The notes below the pieces were generated by a model, which worked only from the letters and a program-made list of their open reading frames with translations, was not told where the DNA came from and ran no database searches. Source: Bugula neritina (Eukaryota; Animalia; Bryozoa). From it: a stretch of DNA of 64,000 nt. Positions 55,701 through 64,000 of the stretch are shown piece after piece. Made by a program: the position numbers and the translations under genes. The stretch spans positions 17,357,781-17,421,780 of the forward strand of contig OZ037767.1 in assembly GCA_964035545.1 (NCBI GenBank), written 5' to 3'. Position 1 is the stretch's first letter. Every line of letters starts with the position of its first letter.

Positions 55701-58700
55701 TAAACAACACACTATATAGTATATACTATGATATAATATAATAAACAACACACTATATAATATATACTATGATATAATATAATAAACAACACACTATATA
55801 GTATATACTATGATATAATATAATAAACAACACACTATATAACATATACTATGATATAATATAATAAACAACACACTATATAATATATACTATGATATAA
55901 TATAATAAACAACACACTATATAATATATACTATGATATAATATAATAAACAACACACTATATATTATATACTATGATATAATATAATACACAACACACT
56001 ATATAGTATATACTATGATATAATATAATACACAACACACTATATAGTATATACTATGATATAATATAATAAACAACACACTATATAGTATATACTATGA
56101 TATAATATAATAAACAACACACTATATAGTATATACTATGATATAATATAATAAACAACACACTATATAATATATACTATGATATAATATAATAAACAAC
56201 ACACTATATAATATATACTATGATATAATATAATAAACAACACACTATATAGTATATACTATGATATAATATAATACACAACACACTATATAATATATAC
56301 TATGATATAATATAATAAACAACACACTATATAGTATATACTATGATATAATATAATAAACAACACACTATATAGTATATACTATGATATAATATAATAT
56401 ACAACACACTATATAGTATATACTATGATATAATATAATAAACAACACACTATATAATATATACTATGATATAATATAATACACAACACACTATATAGTA
56501 TATACTATGATATAATATAATAAACAACACACTATATAGTATATACTATGATATAATATAATAAACAACACACTATATAGTATATACTATGATATAATAT
56601 TATAATAAACAACACACTATATAACATATACTATGATATAATATAATACACAACACACTATATAATATATACTATGATATAATATAATAAACAACACACT
56701 ATATAGTATATACTATGATATAATATAATAAACAACACACTATATAATATATACTATGATATAATATAATACACAACACACTATATAGTATATACTATGA
56801 TATAATATAATAAACAACACACTATATAATATATACTATGATATAATATAATACACAACACACTATATAGTATATACTATGATATAATATTATAATAAAC
56901 AACACACTATATAACATATACTATGATATAATATAATACACAACACACTATATAATATATACTATGATATAATATAATAAACAACACACTATATAGTATA
57001 TACTATGATATAATATAATAAACAACACACTATATAGTATATACTATGATATAATATAATATACAACACACTATATAGTATATACTATGATATAATATAA
57101 TAAACAACACACTATATAATATATACTATGATATAATATAATACACAACACACTATATAGTATATACTATGATATAATATAATAAACAACACACTATATA
57201 ATATATACTATGATATAATATAATAAACAACACACTATATAGTATATACTATGATATAATATAATACACAACACACTATATAGTATATACTATGATATAA
57301 TATAATAAACAACACACTATATAGTATATACTATGATATAATATAATAAACAACACACTATATAGTATATACTATGATATAATATAATACACAACACACT
57401 ATATAATATATACTATGATATAATATAATAAACAACACACTATATAATATATACTATGATATAATATAATACACAACACACTATATAGTATATACTATGA
57501 TATAATATAATACACAACACACTATATAATATATACTATGATATAATATAATACACAACACACCCATATAGTGTCGCTTCAGGTCAAAGTGTTCCAATGG
57601 TTCATCCTTCACAGCGCCATCACTGGGTTCAGCTAGAACTGACGGCACATTATACTTTGGACTCAACTCAACGACGTAGTAATTAGTCTTGTCGGCTAAA
57701 TTCTGATGCGTTTCCTGTATGAAGACACGGACTGTACAACTAAAACCGTATTCACAAGTAGCATTTACAGTTACTGTATTCATATTTAGTAGTAAACAGT
57801 TACTATATGTAGTAGTACACAGTTACTATATTTAGTAGTAAACAGTTACTCTATTTAGTAGTAAACAGTTACTATATTTAGTAGTAAACAGTTACTATAT
57901 TTAGTAGTATACAGTTACTATATTTAGTAGTAAACAGTTACTATATTTAGTAGTAAATAGTTACTATATTTAGTAGTAAATAGTTACTATATTTAGTAGT
58001 AAATAGTTACTATATTTAGTAGTAAACAGTTACTATATTTAGTAGTATACAGTTACTATATTTAGTAGTATACAGTTACTATATTTAGTAGTACACAGTT
58101 ACTATATTTAGTAGTAAACAGTTACTATATTTAGTAGTAAACAGTTACTATATTTAGTAGTAAATAGTTACTATATTTAGTAGTAAACAGTTACTATATT
58201 TAGTAGTACACAGTTACTATATTTAGTAGTACACAGTTACTATATTTAGTAGTACACAGTTACTATATTTAGTAGTAAATAGTTACTATATTTAGTAGTA
58301 CACAGTTACTATATTTAGTAGTACACAGTTACTATATTTAGTAGTACACAGTTACTATATTTAGTAGTACACAGTTACTATATTTAGTAGTACACAGTTA
58401 CTATATTTAGTAGTAAACAGTTACTATATTTAGTAGTAAATAGCTGTTACTATATTTAGTAGTAAACAGTTACTATATTTAGTAGTAAACAGTTACTATA
58501 TTTAGTAGTAAACAGTTACTATATTTAGTAGTAAATAGCTGTTACTATATTTAGTAGTAAACAGTTACTATATTTAGTAGTACACAGTTACTATATTTAG
58601 TAGTAAACAGTTACTATATTTAGTAGTAAACAGTTACTATATTTAGTAGTACACAGTTACTATATTTAGCAGTAAACAGTTACTATATTTAGTAGTAAAT

Positions 58701-61700
58701 AGTTACTATATTTAGTAGTAAACAGTTACTATATTTAGTAGTAAACAGTTATACTATATTTAGTGCTATATGGTCACCATATTCAGAAGTCCCTGTAGGA
58801 AACATCCAGCCACGTTCTGTATATTCTTTGTTCTTCCTTCCACTTTACAGTAGAGATCTTTAATACCAACACACTGAGCTATGGTCCTGATAGCCCTGTG
58901 ACATACTAGCCCATAGCCTGAGGACATGTACAATATACTGTATAATACGCAGGTGAAAGAATAGTCATGTGTACAGACAATATTTGTTAGACCTTGGACT
59001 ATAACTAAATGAATACTTGGGGTGACTTATTCACATATTCTCATTCTTGTTGCTATTAACTCTTATGTAACAGTATTTAAGGTGTACTGACTGCTGTACA
59101 TGTGAATATATTAGACTAGCTGTAACACCAAGAAATACTTAGTCATACTAGTTATCTATTCAGAGTATTAGAGTGGAATACTAATACTAGCTTATCTGTT
59201 TGTTCTCAGGTGTTATCAGTGAACACTTTATCACTATGAACATGGGATTATATCACACACTAGGGGAGGGCATGTTTCCCCATTGCTAACTCTACATACA
59301 CTGTACTGTATACATGTACATACACTGTACTGTATACATGTACATACACTGTACTGTATACATGTACATTACATACAGTACAGTGTGGTTTGGGGTAATA
59401 AGGGCACAAATGGAAAAGTAGGTAGAATAGCAAACTGGTGTTAAATTTTCACAAACCCCAAACTAAACCCCCAACCTCAAACCTTAATATTGAAAGTGTA
59501 AGCACAGGGCCACACAACGCGTTTTACACACGCATGACGTGCGAGAAAACCCGTGAGTGACCTGCTACACAGTGCATGTGTTGCGAGAGCAGAAATTGTT
59601 TAGCTAATGGTGTCAGCATAAAACTTTACTGCTCGCCTACAGACTTTTGTTTTTAAAACTACGTCATCGGCAAAATGACTTTAGATATCATAAAAGCGGA
59701 AATGCAAACTATATGAAACTGTTTTAACTCAGTTTGCTAAAAGCTAAAGCGTGAATTAAAATAAAAAAAGTGTGCTGGCTAAATGATAATAAACCAATTA
59801 GGTCAAACACGCACGAGCTTGCCGCACTTCTCGCTCAGCATGTTAGACGCATGAATATCCCGCACACGACGTCACATTTTTTGGCTAAACAGGTTTTCTG
59901 GCACGTCACTCGCGTCTGGCCCTACGCTAACATTTTAACCTACTGTATACATGTATGCACACTACATATAACAATCAACAGGAAGTAGAAAGAGACCTTC
60001 AGGTTTGGGCGTGGCTATCAGTCTAGTAGCTCCGATCTTCACATGGAAGTCGTGCCATATCGTCCTGTTCTCCTTCAAGTTGACATACTGGAGTCGCTGA
60101 GCTGCCGTGTTCTTAGCCTATAAGATTCAAAGAGACAAAACATGTAATCCACGTCATTATTGGCTGAAAATAGACAAGTCGCATCTTATTATACACGTAT
60201 ATAACAGAGTATGACAGAGTACGACTTACTTTGCGTATAGCCGGCTGACCAAGGCTAGACTTTGCCACGGCCGTTCCTACCAGCCCCTTTCCATTACCAA
60301 CAACAACTAAAGCACTGAAGCTATGTTTCCTGCCCAGATTTCCAGTCATGTGGGAAACGGTTTTAAATTCCAGTATCCGGGAATCAAAGCCATCAAAATT
60401 ATCTGCAACATTATTGGTCAGTCAAAACTAACAGGCATTGCTATTGGCCAATGCCAACCTCTCAATGTACGCAGACGCACACAAAACAAAAGTCTTCAAG
60501 TAAATGAGGTGAATTATAAACCAACTACAATAATTGCAATCTCCACAACTCTTGGGGAGTTATTTATATTTTTCAGAGACTTGAGGTAAAGCTATAAACT
60601 AACTTTTAGTTCTCACATATATTCAGTCACTGAGTACTTGAGTAAAGGATGATAACTAAACACTATATACTCTAGCAGTCTAGCTATATATAATATATAC
60701 TCTAGGTATATACATATATATACACGTACACTCATTGTGAGGATCAGGAACTCCTGCTGATATACCGGGTAGTTTGGCTCCGGACCAGCCCCGCTCCAAG
60801 GGAAACCTCTTCGTCCTGGCAAACTAACAACACAATACTGGATCACAGGTTACATCTACTGATACATATACTGACACATATACTGATACATATACTGACA
60901 CATATACTGACACACATACTGACACATATACTGACACACATACTGATACATATACTGACACACATACTGATACATGTACTGATACATATACTGACACATA
61001 TACTGACACACATACTGACACATATACTGACACATATACTGACACATATACTGATACATATACTGACACATATACTGATACATATACTGATACATATACT
61101 GACACACATACTGACACACATACTGATACATATACTGACACATATACTGACACATGTACTGACACATATACTGACACATATACTGACACATATACTGACA
61201 CACATATACTGATACATATACTGACACATATTGATACATATACTGACACATATACTGATACATATACTGGCACATATACTGACACATATACTGACACATA
61301 TACTGACACATGTACTGACACATATACTGACACATATACTGACACACATACTGATACATATACTGACACATATACTGACACATGTACTGACACATATACT
61401 GACACATATACTGACACATATACTGACACACATATACTGATACATATACTGACACATATTGATACATATACTGACACATATACTGACACACATACTGACA
61501 CATATACTGACACATATACTGATACATATACTGGCACATATACTGATACATATACTGACACATATTGATACATATACTGACACATATACTGACACACATA
61601 ATGACACATATACTGACACATATACTGACACATATACTGACACATATATTGACACATATACTGATACATATACTGACACATATACTGACACACATACTGA

Positions 61701-63783
61701 CACACATACTGATACATATACTGACACATATACTGACACATGTACTGACACATATACTGACACACATACTGACACATATACTGACACATATACTGATACA
61801 TATACTGATACATATACTGACACATATTGATACATATACTGATACATATACTGACACATATACTGACACACATACTGACACATATACTGACACATATACT
61901 GATACATATACTGACACATATACTGACACACATACTGATACATATACTGATACATATATTGACACATATACTGACACACATACTGATACATATACTGATA
62001 CATATACTGACATATATACTGACACTTACATTGTTAATTATAAGGTTTCAAAAGCAGCTTGTAAAAGCATGAGTAATTTCAACTAGGCCGGGGTAGCTAC
62101 CAGAGCCGCTGCCGAGAGCAGCAGATGATCTCACCTTGTAAAACTTATCTCTCAGAGCCAAGAGCGTTTCATCTTCTCCTTCCTCTTTCTCAAGGACGGC
62201 CATCTTGACTCTCTCGTTGTCCCCGACCAGCACGTTGGCATTGAGTCCCGGGTAAATGTACTTCTTGTGCTTAGCTGGAAAGGAGAGTAGAGCACTAGAT
62301 GCTACACTGAGCTGTACATATGCCCAAACATTCCAGTAATTTAATTCAAGAACTCAGCCTAAATCTTCGTGGATGAATGCTTTTAATAAAAAACCTCTCC
62401 AAGTTTTTTATCTAAAGCTGCATAACAAAGTTTTGATGCTGAGACTAACCTATGCAGTTATGTTATACAGTAATATAGTAATGTTATACAGTAATATAGT
62501 AATACAGCAATACGATTATATTATACAGTAATACAGTAATACGGTTGTACTATAGAGTAACACATGAGATAATAAAGAGAGGACTTACAGTATCCTAGCC
62601 GTTTACCGAGGTGTATATTAACGACTCTCTTTGATGATCCTCTCTTCCCTCTGCCCTTCTTCTTACCTGCATTACTCACTCCTGAGCAGCCATCCCACAG
62701 CTGGCCCAGTGACACTACACCATATAGTAATATAATATGTATCATGTATGTAGTAATATAATATGTATCATGTATGTAGTAATATAATATGTATCATGTA
62801 ATATAGTAATATAATATAGTAATATACACTACACCATATAGTAATATAATATGTATCATGTAATATGGTAATATACACACAGCCTATAGTAATATAATAT
62901 AGTAATATACACACAGGATGTAGTAATATAGTAATATACGCACAGCCTATAGTAATATAGTAATATACACTACACCATATAGTAATATAATATGTATCAT
63001 GTATGTAGTAATATAGACTACAGCCTATAGTAATATAATATAGTAATATACATGGCACATAGTAATATCATATAAATCAGTTTATCACATTGGTGTGACA
63101 ACTCCAAACACATTAGCTAATTTTTTAATAAAAGTAATTCCCTAGAATACTACTAATTCTCACTGTTAGTGAAAGTTGAACTGTGACGTGATGACAGAGC
63201 TGGTGACATCATCGCGACGGGAGCTGAACAGACCGTCTTCTGGGTGTTTACCTCTACAAAATTCACATCACCTTGTACAGCAGGTATAACTATGATACTA
63301 TATCACCTTGTACAGCAGGTATAACTATGATACTATATCACCTTGTACAGCAGGTATAACTATGATACTATATCACCTTGTACAGCAGGTATAACTATGA
63401 TACTATATCACCTTGTACAGCAGGTATAACTATGGTAATATATCACCTTGTACAGCAGGTATAACTATGATACTATATCACTTTGTACAGCAGGTATAAC
63501 TATGATATTATATCACCTTGTACAGCAGGTATAACTATGATACTATATCACCTTGTACAGTAGGTATAACTATGATACTATATCACCTTGTACAGCAGGT
63601 ATAACTATGATACTATATCACCTTGTACAGCAGGTATGACTAAGATACTATATCACCTTGTACAGCAGGTATATAGTGGCGAGGCCTGCGAAGGGAGAAC
63701 ATACCTTTATGAATACAACCTCTGAGAAGGGGAGACAACCTATTGACCAGAATATTTCTGAGAGAGTTGGGAACAGCCAACAT
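49721..63783 (-). CDS. MRPS5: 28S mitochondrial ribosomal protein S5 (uS5m), complete, 10 coding exons, about 420 aa
   Basis: Exons 63705-63783, 63164-63253, 62589-62714, 62135-62274, 60730-60823, 60230-60402, 59997-60117, 58778-58917, 57564-57714, 49721-49869 (1263 nt, all GT-AG, phases compatible). Transit-peptide-like N-terminus MLAVPNSLRNILVNRLSPLLR. Motifs QLWDGCSGVSNAGKKKGRGKR, PLERGWSG, FDSRILE, ALVVVGNGKG, GYGLVCHRAI, ETHQNLAD. Confidence 0.95.
49886..51444. repeat. 41-bp satellite, MRPS5 intron 9 (left part)
   Basis: Same monomer. Confidence 0.97.
51445..54610. mobile_element. Non-autonomous TIR DNA transposon (about 3.17 kb), superfamily uncertain
   Basis: Imperfect TIRs of about 29 bp: GTGACCTGGCACCACAAATCAAGGGATGT and, reverse-complemented, GTGACCAGTCGCGACAAAACCGGGGATGT. 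Flanked by ATAT on both sides; removal restores the satellite register. No transposase ORF recognised. Confidence 0.8.
54611..57572. repeat. 41-bp satellite, MRPS5 intron 9 (right part)
   Basis: Same monomer; the terminal unit overlaps the exon 9 donor. Confidence 0.97.
57766..58765. repeat. 23-bp minisatellite (MRPS5 intron 8)
   Basis: About 43 copies of AACAGTTACTATATTTAGTAGTA. Confidence 0.95.
59293..59368. repeat. 24-bp tandem repeat x3 (intron 7)
   Basis: TACATACACTGTACTGTATACATG; essentially single-copy in copy B (about 40257-40280). Confidence 0.8.
60852..62026. repeat. 12-bp minisatellite (MRPS5 intron 4)
   Basis: Unit ACTGA(C/T)ACATAT, close to 100 copies; the source of the spurious VSVY/CQYM/THIL ORFs. 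Confidence 0.96.
62714..63068. repeat. Composite degenerate minisatellite (MRPS5 intron 2)
   Basis: Recurrent TAGTAATATAATATGTATCATGTA, ACACTACACCATATAG and CAGCCTATAGTAATAT blocks. Confidence 0.8.
63267..63672. repeat. 35-bp minisatellite (MRPS5 intron 1)
   Basis: Unit TATCACCTTGTACAGCAGGTATAACTATGATACTA, about 11.5 copies. Confidence 0.95.
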
Positions 63784-64000
63784 CTGTAAAAACCAAAGTT
63801 TAAAGTTCCAATCCAGCCAACAACAAACAATACAAAAATTTTACTCAACAGGTGAAGGTAATTTTGTGACTTTGGAAAAATATTTGAGCAAAAATAGTAA
63901 AAAAATAAAAAATTCTAAGAGAATATAAATATGACTGCGTATTTGTCTGTGATATGATATATACATTAGCTTGCAGACACATTAATTATTGTTGGGTCTT

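Noticed and set aside
1-57572. 41-bp arrays as CRISPR or telomeric repeats
   Set aside because: No unique spacers, no cas genes, eukaryotic intronic context, and the unit is not telomere-like.
59378-59950. Possible MITE or Helitron fragment in intron 7 (also 40280-40870)
   Set aside because: TACAGT...ACTGTA ends are suggestive, but I could not define convincing TIRs, a TSD or a terminal hairpin.
60824-62086. Long ORFs (385-389 aa; VSVY, CQYM, THIL, TDTY)
   Set aside because: Translations of a stop-free 12-bp repeat inside MRPS5 intron 4. The same applies to 41747-42087.

Overview
AT-rich, intron-containing animal-type nuclear DNA; the species cannot be determined from the sequence. (1) A complete 10-exon mitochondrial ribosomal protein S5 gene (MRPS5, minus strand, 49721-63783, about 420 aa when spliced by hand), most of whose introns are filled by different tandem repeats. 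The last intron holds a 41-bp satellite whose monomer includes the exon 9 splice donor. (2) Downstream on the same strand, an 8-exon gene of about 728 aa: extended ankyrin repeats, a Pro/Ser/Thr linker, a possible ubiquitin-like domain and a CCDC106-like C-terminus. (3) A tandem segmental amplification (unit about 20.2 kb) has produced a second copy of the ankyrin gene and two 5'-truncated MRPS5 copies, each with a larger 41-bp array. (4) Two mobile elements sit inside the satellite. One is an intact, very young 8.6-kb BEL/Pao LTR retrotransposon (745-bp LTRs, TAATA TSD) with no tRNA-type PBS but a 9-nt self-complementarity suggestive of Tf1-like self-priming. The other is a 3.17-kb non-autonomous TIR element. 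All gene models and alignments were made by eye.
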